Source of the DNA: Podarcis melisellensis
Lineage: Eukaryota
Length of the DNA: 64,000 bases
Assembly (NCBI GenBank): GCA_964234715.1
Contig: OZ174275.1
Direction: 5' to 3' (one strand)
Shown: positions 26,501 to 40,569 of the stretch, one piece after another
Numbering within the stretch: the stretch's first letter is position 1
Layout of the letters: each line of letters begins with the position of its first letter
Made by a program: the position numbers and the translations under genes
The notes under the pieces: generated by a model
What the model was told of the DNA's origin: nothing
Seen by the model: the letters and a program-made list of their open reading frames with translations, nothing else
Database searches by the model: none

Positions 26501-27022
26501 ATCATGTAGATACAAGTGCATTTAAATAATATGAAGCACTCAGATACTATAACAACACGGGCCAAAGACGTCTCACAGTTGCATCTATAAATCACTCTAG
26601 AACAGAAAGCTGTGTTTTACTGCTCTCCTGGAATATGTTTCGCTTGAAGAAGTCATGATATGAATAGTGCTGAAAATGGTTCTCCAACTTATTCTTGCAA
26701 ATCCCACAGAGGCAGGGACTTACTAGCTGCAATTTTCAGATAAGGCACTGAGGAACTGACAGTTTAATGTTCACATTTCAAGAAACTCAACATCTCCTTT
26801 TGAATCTAACAATGTGAATGACGATGGGTTGGTTTTTTTTTTTTAGAAGCTACAATAAACCATCTATTTTGAACACAAAGAAGTGAGCAATCTTTTTGAA
26901 TTTATTTTTTTTAAAAAACAAAAAACAGCATAGCTGGTTTGCTTTCATTCTTACCACAGCAGCTACTGTTCAAATTATATCAGCCATTGGTTCTAATCCA
27001 AGGCCCAGGTATATACAATGTG

Positions 27023-27025
<3 letters not shown>

Positions 27026-27053
<28 letters not shown>
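27026..27053. repeat. (CA)n microsatellite
   Basis: Direct reading. Confidence 0.95.
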
Positions 27054-27567
27054 GTAGGGAGGGGATTCCCCAGTCTCTTCACTGTCATTACACATGTATA
27101 GTGTCTTCAGTGTTGGAAATGAATGGAGAAGCCCCTGGAGCACTTTCTGTGGATAAAAGTAGTAGTCTTAAATTTTCCGTGCTCTTCAGTTGGTTTATTT
27201 CCACTTAAGAGTTCCACAAAAAAGATAAAGTATACTTGTCACTTCTACCGCGACAGCTTTATTCATACAAGGTGCCCGTCCCTGATTTTCACCAGTTCCC
27301 CCATCCCACTGATGCTCCCTATATCACAACCCATGTCTTTCCTCAGTGCTTCATATTATTTAAATTAAGACTGGAAATTGTAGAAGGCACGAAAAGTATA
27401 CATTTCCCACACAAGGGGACTTTTCAGCGGGGGCAGGGCAGAAGCTGCATAAATCCCTATTTGTTGTGCAAAGTTTTAAGAGTCCAGATTCATACTGGAC
27501 ATGAGGCAGTGGTTTGACTTGCTCTCTCAGACATTGCATACTCCAAATATAGGCTTGGTGAATAAGG

Positions 27568-27807
27568 TAGGATTGCCATATTTCAAAGAGTAAAAACCAG
27601 CACACTCCAAGCTTCTTTTTAGGAAAATCTGAAAGTTGTTGAGCTCCCCCCCCCAAAAAAAAACTCCAGAAAACCCAAAAATGTTCAGTTTACTTGACTT
27701 GAGAGCCATGACATACCAATGCCTTCCAGAAATGCCCCCCCCCCGACGTTACTTCCGCTTTTGAAATCCCGGTATTGTTCAGGTAATTCCAGAATATGGC
27801 AGCCATA
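27568..27807. mobile_element. hAT-like MITE relic
   Basis: Imperfect TIRs TAGGATTGCCATATT / AATATGGCAGCCATA. No TSD recognised. Confidence 0.5.
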
Positions 27808-29534
27808 GTTTTACAAATAAAGCACTGCTAGGAGTTGCTTCTTTTCATTTTCCAATGTCAATGTCCAATGTTTTTCCCCCTTAAAAAAGTCTTTTTTTAA
27901 AAAAAATTGCTGAATTTGTTTACTCCTCACTTGACCATTTATTCTTCCATCAAGGCCATAAAAACTATGAGGGAAATTTATTTCTATTTCACCCCTGAAT
28001 TGGTAACCCAAAAGAAACCTATTTCTGTGGAAATATTGCTGACATCTGACTGCCTTGAAGGCAAACAAATGTGTATATATTTGCAGCCAGTTCCTCTTTC
28101 CATTGGCCTTCTGGGATACCGATTGTGAAAAATATTTATTCATTTTCTATTTAATATATATTCAGTGGGGGCGTAGGGAGCAGTGGAAACAAAAGCTGCT
28201 AATGTAGTATGTAAATCAAATGATTTTAATCCACTTAATATGGTGACGCTTTGCTGTTGTTGATTAACACCTCCCAATTATCAGGGGAATAGCAAACCAG
28301 TTGGAGTAAGATTAGCAAAGTCCCTATACAAATAAATGGTTTGATGTTTTCAGGCCACTTTAACATCATCACAACCAGACTATGCACTTGTACAATACAA
28401 GATCTCAGAGTGGCAAAATTCACAGGTCTTGGAGGTGCATACTTCCTTCTCTTTTGCATCTCACCCTTGATTTCTTGATTTTTATGAAAAGTTAGCAGAA
28501 CATTTCTTCCCAAGGACGTTGCTGGAGAGGGATTTATTATTTTTCCTATGATAAACAAATATAATAATAATAATTAATAATAAATAATAATAATACATTT
28601 CAAAGAAACTTCTCATTTAGACAATAAAGGCTATAGGCAGTGCAGATAATGTTTTTATTTTTGCAACCAATATTACAAAAGCCTTATTGAAATCAGAGTA
28701 TGTTTCAAATTTACGTTCTTTTTCAGGGGAGTTGTGAAATTATAATAAAAAACCCTGCTAAACAGCCAGAAAATCATCTGCTGATAAAACTTCTAACCAC
28801 CACTGTGATAAAGCATCAAGAAAAATATACATATAAAAATATATGGCATGAATGCAAGTTATCAAAAGTTCTAATGAAAAGTAATTATTAATAATTGTTT
28901 ACACCTATAATGTCCATTGCCGGGGGGGGGGGAAACTAAACACACAAAAATGTGAAATTTGTTTCCAGTTGCATGCCATTTTCCTCCCCCCCCCCAATTC
29001 AATTTAGCTATTCATAGTCCAAAACACCTTTTTCTAGAAAGAACAAAGTTTTCTAACCAATAGTCAGAAAAAGAAGATTTTATTTGAGCCAGAGCACGTC
29101 ACAAAATATCCCTAACCACTGCTGCTACCTGATTAACCAGGGGGTAAATTCAGAAGCATCTGTATGGTAAAATCATGCATTAATGAGTACTTCATTCATC
29201 GCTACATACCTTAGACCACTTCCTCTCCTTTTGTACCATCGTGCAATTAACCAAGAACAGCCTTCTGACGGTATCATTCGTGTGCTCAGTTTGAAGAGCA
29301 AGACGGAAAACTCTTTCCCTAGAGGTCTGTGAAATTCCAGGGCTGAATGCTTTCCAGAAGAACTGTAAAAAATTCTTTTCAGGTTGGCGTTCAACAACTA
29401 GGGTTGAACAGGCATCTGATAAAATGTAATTGGGTATTTTGTCAATATACTCCTCTTTTTCTTTTTAACTGCTGATACTTGCTCAAGGACCTTGAGAAGG
29501 AATAGGATAGAAAATGAACTAAATAAATAATATT

Positions 29535-29880
29535 TAGATCGCCTTGCCCCATATAGGTCTACTCGATCAGCAGAACTGGCACGGTTACAGGTGCTGCATA
29601 ATATTCATTCCACATTTGGAATAAATCAGTCTTTTAGTGTGGAATACCCTGCCTATTGACATCAGACAGGCACATTCATTGTATTTTTTCCAGTGCTTGC
29701 TAAAAACATTACCCAGATATGTAGAATGTTTGCATGTGTTTTAATCTGTTTTTAGCTTATCACTGATTTTAATTTTATTTGAATTTTAAAATAGTTGTTT
29801 CTACTGATAATTGCATTCCTTTTGTAAACCACCTTGTGTTTTTTGAGGGTGTTTTTTACAATCAAGCAGTATATAAATTT
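29535..29880 (+). mobile_element. L2/CR1-group LINE 3' fragment
   Basis: TGGAATACCCTGCCTATTGACATCAGACAGGCA (WNTLPIDIRQA, an L2 ORF2 C-terminal motif), then a T-rich 3' UTR ending TTACAATCAAGCAGTATATAAAT. The same tail occurs near 3620-3650 and 15720-15775. Confidence 0.65.
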
Positions 29881-32800
29881 AGACAGTATATAGCTTACAA
29901 ACTTTTCTCAAATTAAAAGAGAGTGAGAATCTTAAGCATTAAATCGTAACATAAAGAAGCAAATAACTATTTTGAGGAAATGATGCAATGGCTCAGAAAC
30001 ACTAGGAGTCTCTTTTTTAATGCAAAGCTCACTTCTGGGTTTTAATATTTGTGCAATAAATCTGGGCTGTACCACTTGTAAATTTTGACCTGGGTATTTT
30101 TGCTTACACATCTGTGTTACCTGTGAGATGGCCAAGGGTGAATTCAAGTGACAGTAAAGTCAGCAGTGGCCGCTTAAAAACTGCTGGGTGATGGCTCTAA
30201 TTGCATGATGAAATGCAATTATTTGTCACATCTGGTTACATGAAACCCAGCATCACTGCTTCCCTGTTGTGGGATCTTAGCAAAACTAGTTGACTTTTCC
30301 ATGTGGAAAGTTGCTAAATGGGTGTTAAATGATGTTTGGATCCACCATGAAGTGCTGTGTGAAATAGAAATAGATTAAAATTGAGTTGTTGTTTTCAGTG
30401 ATGGAGCCTAGAATTCCAAGGCCAGCTTCAATGCATGTGAAGTACAAACCTAAATAGGCTTTTAAAAAACGGGACCTAATGATGTGAATTATAGTCTTTC
30501 CTTTTTTTAATAGAAAAAATGGTTCTGGAACTCACCATAAAGTTGTTATAATAAGTGCCACACTTTTAACATTTGTGGAGGTGGGGTGTGTGTGAAAGTG
30601 CTGGTACTGTGTACCCTTGAGTACCCCCAGAAAAAAGGACTGATTACAGTAATTCTTAAACATTATAAAAGGATTTCTTGGTCCCAATGATAAAAAAACC
30701 ACACTTTGTGTGGTTCAAATCAACAAGAGGCTAAGCAGGATTTAACTATACACCAACTGGATATCTTAAGCGCTACAGTGTTAATTAGATAAGTTGCAGC
30801 CTTCCCTATAGTGGCTTTTTTAAAAAGAGAGAGAGAAAGAGAAAGAGAAAGAGAAAGGCGGCTATTTAAGAATGATGGCAATTGCTGGTTGCTTCTGATC
30901 TCTTGGGCACATGCTTATATAAGTTCAGTTTGGATGAGCTTATCTTTATTGTGTAAATAATATTTCTTAAGTCTGGGGACATGCCATGTGCTAGCATTCG
31001 TCTTAATGTTAACACTCAAATGATAGTTAGTGGCTTGTACATTTCTGTTGCTGGGATTACTTGGTATGCTACTGTCGGTAAGTGGAGTTGGGCAAAGCTA
31101 CCTTGTGGCTCAAAAATAAGCCATTTCTATGCAAAATATATTTTAAAATGTATTGGCTGACTTCCCTGCCATGCCAAATTTTAATCCATTACTGCTCCCA
31201 CCCTCTGATATCCAAAAAGAAGAGGACTTTCCTGGACACAGGAAATATTCACAACCACGTACTGAGGGGCCTTGCAAGCCTCCATAATTTCTTCCTATTG
31301 GTGGCTACCATTTGTGCAGACAGTACAGATTGTTTGTGCAGACAGTAGTGAAAGCCTTTGGCAGCCAGGAAAGCATGCATGTCTTCATAGATTATGACTG
31401 TCAAAGACTCTGATTGTACTGCCATGAGGGGTCACTGCTGGCTGCATTAATCTTTTGACAGGCAGACATGAACAATCTAGGACAATCTAGGCTAGCAAAG
31501 GTTTGCTACAAAGGTTTCCACAGCCTCCACAGTTCAGATGATTCACATGAATGGCTAAGGAAGCGCCTTGACCTCAGGCTTCAAGAAATCTTGAACATGC
31601 AGCACCTTCCAGGACTTTACCAGCAATTCTACTTCTTAATAGTAGTAGAACATACAGTAGCTATTTCATCAGCTGGTAGTGTTATTAGTGCACTTTCTCT
31701 TGCTTGATTTGTTAGGTTTCTGGCCAGGGGATGTTGCCTCCTGTTTCTTTGCTTGAGGCAAAACAAAAAGTGCCACCACCTATCTTCTCCTGCTGCTGCC
31801 AGTGCTTCATCAGATCTCATTTTATTTTCCTTCTAATATGAATCTTCCCTTCATAGAGAAAGGTGTAGGATAAGAGTGCACAACATCTTTTCTCTTGATG
31901 TTGTTGGACATGCTGACTGAGGCTGATGGGAGCTGGAATCCAACAACAGCTAGAGGACATCACACTACCTAGACCTACTATGGGAAATAATAACAAGTAT
32001 GGACTCAGCCTAAATAATGCTGCTAGTTGTTCATAAGCTGGTTATTGAGAGACTTTAAGGGGTTATAATTCAGCTGGGAAAATTAAGAGATGGGCTGAGG
32101 AAGGGTTTGCAAAGAGTGTATAAGGAGACTGACTGAGCTTTTCCTCAGTTGGGTTGCATGCTTCTCTGAGCTTTTGCGTTCTCTCTCTCTTATTTTGGCT
32201 CAGGGACTGCACCGCTTCATTATCCACAGAGAAGGAGCATTTGTCAGTTAAACATTTACAAAGGGTTCCAAAGGGCCAGTCAGCTGTGTTGGGACAATCC
32301 CATTGAGAACGTACACTTTGAGTGGAAATGACAATCCTAAGTGGAAATAACTTTAACTGTCACATGCCAGCTGGGTATGCCTAAAGGAAGTGAACTGGCT
32401 TTGCTCCTGCCAGCCAAGATACTGGCCAGCTTGCCTAAGCCAGCAGATGAGTTTGCATTGACAAGTAAGCAAGACTTGCTCACTGCCCAGCAGTAGATGG
32501 CTCTAGAGCAAAAGAAGAGTCAAAGGCAGCAGCAATTCAAGCAAGGGAGTAATTAGGTGGAGCGCAGAGTGAACAAATAGAATAGAAAGAAAATGACTTG
32601 TCCAGAGCTGTTATTAACTAGTAAGAATGCCGCTGTAGGTGCATGTGTAACGTTTACTGCATATCACCAGGAAGTTAGAGGTCATAATGGAATATTAAAT
32701 GACATTTAATTATGGGACTGCGGCTCAATAACAGCCCGGAAGGCAAGAGGGGGGTATTATGAGCAGATAGTCTAAAAGAAGCAGTGTAATGGAATCTTAA

Positions 32801-34148
32801 ATTTTAAAACTGCATTAAATTTCCCTTCAATAGATTCTAGCCAGCAGTCACAATAAAATTAAAGTAGAAGGCTCCCATATCTGTATTTAAACGGGATTAA
32901 AACTGAACAAATGACTTTTCTACAGGAATGAGCCTGGCAGATGTAGTGAAGCAAATGTGTATTAATAGCAGTATAGTCTTAGAAAGTGCTGTTGCGGTAG
33001 TGTTGACCTATCAGTGTCCGCTAAAGGCAGAAGGATCATCTAGAGAGCCCTAGTGAGAGAGCAGAGCATTGCAGGATAATTCTTAGGAATTAACATTTGC
33101 CAGGCCTTTTCCTGAGACATAATGTAGCAGCTATAATGAAGTCTGTTGAGGCAGCATATGATAATACTTTGCATTACCTTTCAAATGTATATTTCAAGTA
33201 TATCTTTTTTTATTTAAAAAATGTGTTCAAAGGAGCTTAATGTAATCTCAGTAATCCTTTGGTGGCCTTGGAAGATAGGCCAGTTTTATGCCCCTGTTTT
33301 GGAAGGTAAGCTGACCTGACAGAATAGTGGCTTGTCTAAGGGTATGCGGTAAATTTGTGTCTCAGGTAGGATTTGATCACATTCTTAGCCACCGTCTCAT
33401 ACGCACATGCAAGAACCCAGTCATGTAGCCATGCATATAATACCGGTACCTGTGTGTTAGGACTTTGCCTTGGGATCTGAGTAATCTGCATCCAGCCCAT
33501 CTTATAGCCAGCCTCTAGGAACTGAACCCATGCTCCTGAACCAGGTACATTATTTCTGTACGTTGGTTCAGTGTTGAGGTTTCCCCATCCTATCCCTGTC
33601 ACTTGGATTCTATTCCACTGATGGTTTAGGAATAGTGAGGGTTGTGGGTTGAACTTGGACTGGGAAGACCTGGAGTTCAATCTCCACTCATCCACAAAGC
33701 TCTTTGGGTTGCATATCACTGGATGGAATCCATCTGTTACTCATGCGCTCACAGAAGAGCTCTTGATTTAGCAGAGGTGTGTCCACCAGCAAAAGAGGAA
33801 AGCAGGCAATTCCCCTCCTCCTGCTACCTGCAGGCAAAAGTGCCCTCTGAATTTCTGTTCCAGATTGTTGGGGGACCCTCCAGAACAGGGTGGAAAGTGG
33901 TATGGAAGTCTACATGAGGACAGTGGAATCAACAGAGATCCCCTCACCCTTTTCATTAGCTGATGCCTTAATCCAAAGCTCTTCTTTCATGCAAGGGCAC
34001 TAGTTGGATTTCACCACCTCTCAGCCTTACGTTAAAGGATCTGAAATGAGAACATCTCATTTATGCCAGCTTGAACTCAGCTGGGGGCAAGGTGTAGGTA
34101 AAATGTAGCAACTGAAGAAGGCACTATGGATGAAGCTACAGGAATAGC

Positions 34149-34640
34149 TTGGCCTCAGTAATCCATGCTCTGATAACCTTTCATTTTTATTCCTGCCATG
34201 CATACTATGCAGGGCTGCCCTTGAAGACCACTTGGAAATTGCGGCTGGTGCAAAATGTGATGGTTCATCTCTTGAGCAGAGTCTCCAGTCAGAATAATCC
34301 TTCTCCAGTTCTTAAATATTGTTGTTTCCAATCCATTTCCACTCTGAATTCAAGGTTTTACAAACGGCATAAAAAGCCCTGGATTACTTGCATGAGGGAA
34401 CTCTTCTTCCTGTATGTGGCAGTCCAGGGAGTTCAGATCCTCTATGGAGGCTCTCCTTAATGTCCTAACCTTGGGAATTACATGTAGGCAATCCTTTCCC
34501 CTGGAAGCATTCCTGCTCTGGAATGGCTTCCCATCCACTGTTTAACCTGTCTGTTTGTTTGGAGCTTTGGCCTGCTTAATGTGAAACTGTTCACGTCCTG
34601 TTTTTATTGTGCTTTGCTGTGACTTTAAATGAGATTACTT
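34149..34640 (+). mobile_element. L2 LINE ORF2 C-terminal relic
   Basis: ORF 34149..34460 (ASVIHALITFHFYSCHAYYAGLPLKTTWKLRLVQN) resembles the L2 motif VIHALVTSRLDYCNALY.GLP.K...KLQLVQN. Downstream CTCTGGAATGGCTTCCC is LWN.LP-like. Confidence 0.8.
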
Positions 34641-35156
34641 TGTCTTATTGAATATCATTGTTTGATGTAGAGCAGGAGATCAATGAAACTAAGTACAGTA
34701 TGTAGATAAAAATCTAGTTGTTCTATGAGATGCAGTGACATTGCTCTTCATGCACTTAAATACTTGCTGTAGTTTAAGGGACAGGATCCTTTCAGAACAA
34801 ACCTTGGTTACAGCTTAGTGTGCCGCAGCAGGAAACTTCATGCCCAGGAGCCCACATGTTTGCGTGATTTTGCTCAATCAAATAGTGGCTTTGTATCATC
34901 CCTTTGTGTGCAAGTGAAAGGATTTTCCACTAATGCACAGGGGGGGTAAGGTGCTGGATCTGCCCTGAGCACCTATGCTCAGGAATTGGCAAAACAAGAA
35001 CACAGAATTCTGATTCTGGTAGTGCTTAGCTTTTGGAAATATTTTCCATATCGTAGTTTATGTGAAACTGCATATGTTTCATTTTTAAAGTATCTGAGTG
35101 CCATAGAATGGGATCACACTTGGTGACAGCTGATCTGCTTTTCCTTCCTGTGCTAG

Positions 35157-35291
35157 ATTGCCTATGCTGCAGTGGACTGTGCCAGAGAACAGAACCACGA
35201 CCTGTGTAAGCAGGAAGGTGTGGATGGTTACCCAACCTTTAACTACTACAACTATGGAAAATTTATAGAAAAATATAATGGAGACAGAGGG
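35157..35291 (+). CDS. PDIA5: PDIA5 penultimate coding exon: IAYAAVDCAREQNHDLCKQEGVDGYPTFNYYNYGKFIEKYNGDRG
   Basis: Pyrimidine tract plus ctag acceptor, 135 nt (phase 0/0), donor gtaagt at 35292. Contains the AAVDC and GYPTF thioredoxin motifs. Confidence 0.97.
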
Positions 35292-38200
35292 GTAAGTACA
35301 TGGTGCTGTTCTAAAAGATGTACCGGTGTGGGGAGGGAGTATCTTTTTTAAGTGGTTTCATCAGCAAACAGTAAAATCACCACCAGCAACAACAACAGGG
35401 ACATAATACAGAGCCAGTTATTTTGCCAATGAGTTTAATGCTTCCATTATGAATTCCTCATGACTGTGTCACCTTATTCCACACATAATGCATGCATTTA
35501 GCATCTGGAATTAACTCAGTAGAAAATTTTGGAGGCTTTTATTTTGAGTCTTATAATTTATTAAAAATTTAGCACTAATGAAAATGCAAAAATTGAATGT
35601 CTGCCAATTCCACATCAGCTCCTAGCCAATGTAGTGCAGAAGCTGTTCCAATGGGCTCTCCATATTCATTAGGAATCTAAGCCTTTGGTTGCCCTGTACA
35701 CATTTGGAAATTCACTACACACAGCCAAATGATAATAGATTGTTTGTTGGTTTTGTTTTGTGACCAAAAGCCACATTTTCTGGGCAGTTTACACTGGGCA
35801 CCTTTAGCTTGTGACCTTGATGTTTCCTTACATTTCAGGTTTTGCAGAGATAGATTATTAGCAGTTCACTTGTATCTTGAAATGGAGGAGACAAAAGTTT
35901 ACCAGCTACTCGAGAATGCTCAGTTTAAAGGTCCATAGCTAGGTTGTTAATAATTGCCTGGAGAAGATGGGGACCTAATGTGAAAGATTGTTTTGTATAT
36001 TAATATGGCCAGTAAATGTTGTTGAGAAACATTTGGCTGCAATATTATTGCTGCTGGTACAAAAAATCTGTAGATATATAGAAAGAGAGGATTTGTGGTA
36101 CGATCCTGTGGGTCTTCATTGAGCCTTTTTATAGGTTGTTCATGTGGGAATTCTGTCAGGATAACACCTCCACAATTTGATCCTTAATGAACTAAGCCAT
36201 ACTGTAAACTTTGTCATGGATCAAGTGTTGTGCTTTGCTTTTAGAATGAAGCTTTATCCGCCTAAATATAAATAACAGGGAATTGAGTTTAAGCCACAAC
36301 ATCTCTTTGGCTTTATAAATGCGCTTACAAAAGTAAAGGGATTTATGAAAACCAACAGATCTTGTTTGTTTGGCTAAGGAAGAAAAAAACAAGTGTACAC
36401 TTGCTCTTTCAAAATCACACTTTGGGGGTGCGGAATCTGGCTAGTTGTCCTAGTGTTAAGTTTCTTAACATCTGAGTTAGCACAGAGTGCCTCTCCATCT
36501 TCATTCTCTCAGTTACTAGCAGAGGGCTGCCTCCCTCTACCCAGCTGGAACCTATGTGCTCAGAGGAGACTGTAACTGCCAAGTGTTACTGGGAAATTGG
36601 AGATTTTGTTAAATCCTTTCGTTAGTTTAAAAATATTTCCATTTGTGGCGATGAGCAACTTGCCCTCCCCCCAGTCTCTTCCCTCCTAGGCCAACATTTC
36701 AGCTTATGTTAGGTAGTGTTATCCCTGTTGAGAGTAACTCTAGCAGTGCATCTTTGGTACAGCAGCAAACTGCTAATATACTGTCATTGTACTCATATGT
36801 TGTAAGGCTGTATTTATTACATTGAAAATAAGGATACAATCTCTTACTAGCTCTCATTAAAAAAAAATAGTCTGGGCTTCTCATATGCAGTGAAAGAGAA
36901 CGTTCCCTGTGAAGTCAGTGGGACTCATGGCACTCACTTTGGCTCATCTGTCTTACAGGGCTCCAAAGAGGTATTGTGCTTTCGGCACAGGGCATGTCTA
37001 GTAGAATATTTATCTGGGGTCTTTCAACCATTGAGAATAGATTTAAGATAGATATAGGAGGAAGGGGAAATTGCAGAAAATTACATTCCTGGTTGTTTTG
37101 CTGATGAATTCTCTCAGTCACCACTAGATACCACCCCCAGTCTTTGAACCACAGGCCCCATATCATATAGCAGTATTAAGAGTCCCTTCAGTTTTAAAAG
37201 TAATAATTGACCATGTGATGGTGGCTGCTGTTCAATAAATCCATGCACTAAACTTCTTTGGATCCCAGACTGCTTCTACACTGCAGTGAGCCTGGAGAAA
37301 GGCAGATAACAGACCAGTGCAATGTTGCTGTGTTGAAAACAGGACCTGCTAAACACATCTTGAAGTGGAGCACTAAAAAAGAGGGGGTGGCTCATTTTAA
37401 TTGTAGTTATATATCCTTTTCAACAGTTACTTGGGTACTGGACATTTTGTTAGAAATGGAGAAAGAAACATCACACACAGCTTCACTGGGCTGGATAATG
37501 TGTTTCGGATAACACTTGTAATAGCAGGTACATTGCTAATCAAAAGCTAGTTCTTTGGGGTGTTTACTAGGATCTCAAATTTCGCAACTAGTGGTGCGGA
37601 ACATTTCTGAATTAAAATTGACAGATGCAGCCGACAGAATAGCAGTGGTTCCATTCCCTCTGCATCATGTGCCCAAATAGATCAGATGAGTTGTCAGGTC
37701 TAATCTAAAGCCCTTGGAAATTAATGGAAAAGCTTACAGACTTCTGTGGTAGTTTGGCTCAAACTCTCGCTGTTTTGGGAACATGACCTCGTTATTTTGA
37801 TCACTTACAAAGAGACAATATGCTACAGATTAAAGGCATAGTTCTTTGCTGCGGAATTCTCACAGACATGGCAGAATAACAGCAGAACTCCCCTGCCCTG
37901 CAAATTTCACGTTCATTTTTAGTAATGACTTGTTTCAGAATGTGGTTACACCTTTCAAGTGCTTTCACATGGGGGAGCTTTCACAAGGCGGTTTAATCAT
38001 CTGATGAGTTTAGCTGGAAGCTTTTCCTTATAGTGATTATTCCATCTCAAAAATGGCTCGGCAGCAGAGGAAGCTTTTAAGAGGGGACTGAGATAATGAA
38101 GGACATAAGACCAGGTGTGGGCAGTGTGGGGACTGAACTGTGAGATTACCACTCTGAGGAAGGAAGATTATACAGTTTCTAGTGGTGGAGGCAGGAGGCT

Positions 38201-38606
38201 TTTGAAAATAGTGAGCCAAGACCAGGAGCGGGTGTTAGCAGACTGGAATTGAGGGAAGTTGTGTGGCAAGAGTGAGCCAGGGGAGAGGAAGGCGGCAGCA
38301 GCAGTGCACACCATGCATCCTTCACATAGGATTCTGGAAGAGTGATGAAGCACTTAACTCACACTCTGACCCCATCCATCCATTCAGAGCAACCGTGATG
38401 CTGTAGAGTGTTGCTTTTACTTAAGGGAAGTGTTCAGTTTGTGACCAGATGGTCACTTGTCATATAAATACAAGGACCTGCCTTACCTGCTCCTTTTACC
38501 TCTCCCTGTGCTACTGCATGTTCATTTGCCTGTAGAAGATGAGTTGGAGTCCTGTGTTCCAGTTTCACTATGCAACCAATGCCTTTCTTTACCTCTCACA
38601 TTCTAG

Positions 38607-38687
38607 GAGTCTGGATTCTCGACTTTCATGCGGACGCTCAGAGAACGGGACCATGAAAAGATAGGGAAGAGGAAAGATGAGTTGTAA
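38607..38687 (+). CDS. PDIA5: PDIA5 last coding exon: ESGFSTFMRTLRERDHEKIGKRKDEL*
   Basis: ttctag acceptor, TAA at 38685-38687, C-terminal KDEL ER-retrieval signal. Matches the PDIA5 C-terminus (..LREGDHERLGKKKEEL in human). Confidence 0.97.
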   Translation, partial: ESGFSTFMRTLRERDHEKIGKRKDEL

Positions 38688-38831
38688 TTTCTGCCTCACA
38701 CGATGATTTCCACTGCACTGTGAATGGTCTCAGGGCCACTGGTACAATGCCTGGGATTCCACATCTTTTTAAAAAGAGAGACTTTGGTTTTTTTTTTACA
38801 AACAGCCATTTGCCATTTTGTACAATTTTGA

Positions 38832-38874
38832 AATAAAGTGAGATCATTTGATTTTTAAAAGGAAAAAAAATAAA
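38832..38874 (+). terminator. PDIA5: PDIA5 polyadenylation signals
   Basis: AATAAA at 38832-38837 and 38869-38874, about 145 and 180 nt after the stop codon. Confidence 0.6.
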
Positions 38875-40569
38875 TGACATCATTGTTGCCATATTCTGTT
38901 ATGGAAAACGAAAAGAAGAGCGTTTTCTCTCCATTTGATGCACCTATGCCCATTTGATACTCCTATGCAATCTTTTTTGTAATCTGTAGGTTTGATAGTG
39001 ATTTCCCTTGACAAGGTGATTTCTGCATTTTTTTAATTTTTGAAGAATATTACATGTGAAATGGCTTTTAAAAATTGGAGGGTGAGGATGAAAGGAAGGT
39101 GCAATGGATCCATCAGGAGCAAGTTCCATGGAAACAGACAGAGCTTTGTGGTCCCAGTGGACTCTGCCCCAAGCCTCGCCAGGTGCAGTTGTGTGCACAG
39201 CACTTATTTCAGGAACCAGGTGTGATTAAGTGCACTTTCAGTCCTTATAGTCCATGTACTAAGCAGACATCAGCCTGCACTGCTCACTCCCGCTCTGCAT
39301 GGCTAATGGGACATCTGCCAGAACAGGGTAGTGTGTGGAGTCTGAATGACAGATCTGCCACAATTATCATGCAAGCATTTTTTGTAAGTGGGGCCTTTTC
39401 CAGGAACAGTGTGTGTGCATTTCTAGTTGTGCTCAGCAGTGCCAAACTGGTAAGACGACTAGTTGTGACTAGTTGTGACCGAGACATGCTGTTGTGGTCT
39501 TGCTAGGTTACACTTCCTTCCTAGAGAGATTGGGGGGGGGGGGCAATTTTTAAGGTGCTCAGGGATAATAGGGAAATAATGAAGAAGCATTGATTGGCCA
39601 TTTCAGATCTTAATTGACTGTAGTGGTGGTTTTAGTTTTGTTTTTGTTTTTTAATCTGCCGTACTGTTTACATATCTTTATAGAATGTGTGGGTTATTTC
39701 AAACAAATGTCTCTGCATTCGGCACATATCAAGCACCGAATGTCTATCAGTGTATGTGTTTGCTCTCACGTTGTCCAATGCTCCTGTAAGCATAGGAGTG
39801 GTGTAGTGCAGGTATAAATAAGGTTCTACTTAATTTATGATCTGACCATAGGAACTGCGTCTTTGCTAAGCATTCCATTTGACTGTTGACAGAGGCACTG
39901 ATATTTTTGATATGAAGAAACATCATGCAACAATACTTGTTTACGTTCCAAAGGCTTGTCTATGTGAGTTAACTACAAAAGGAAAGTATAATTTTTTTAG
40001 AATTCTATAGAAGCAAGTTGTGCTTTAAAAAAAAAAAAATGTTTAGCCCCTTGTCAGTGATGTAAGAAAATAACAGCATTACTAGAATTAGCTTTTAAAA
40101 GTCCGTAATTATGTGCAGATTCTGTGAGGTGAGGGTGATCTGGACATTGTGTCTCCATGGGATTTATTATATTTTTTGTGATTTCCAATTTGATCAAAAA
40201 GAATAAAAGATTGAAAATATGCTCTAATTGCTGCCTTTATTCAACATTTTGTAGGCCAGATTGCCTGAAGCTGCTGTGCTGGTGACTAAAAACCATTTCT
40301 GCTAACCGTTCTCGCTAGCCACACCGGAAAGGTCAAGCATCTCCAGTCTCCGCTTCCATGTTTTCAAAGTCCCTGTGGGGAAAGAACAAAAGTCTCCTTG
40401 CCACTGTCTTGCCTAACTGTTAAGGCAAGTTACAAGTAACAAAAGAGTCTTCGTAAAGCTGTTTCTCTTGACTCCTCTGCTCCATCTGGTGGAAGATGCA
40501 GATAAATTCGGGAAATCTGTAATGAAATAAAACCCACAGCCTCTCTACCTGGGCTACTTCTTGCCAGTA

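Noticed and set aside
39075-39506. 143-aa ORF just downstream of PDIA5
   Set aside because: Non-ATG start, no domain, and no promoter or splice support.
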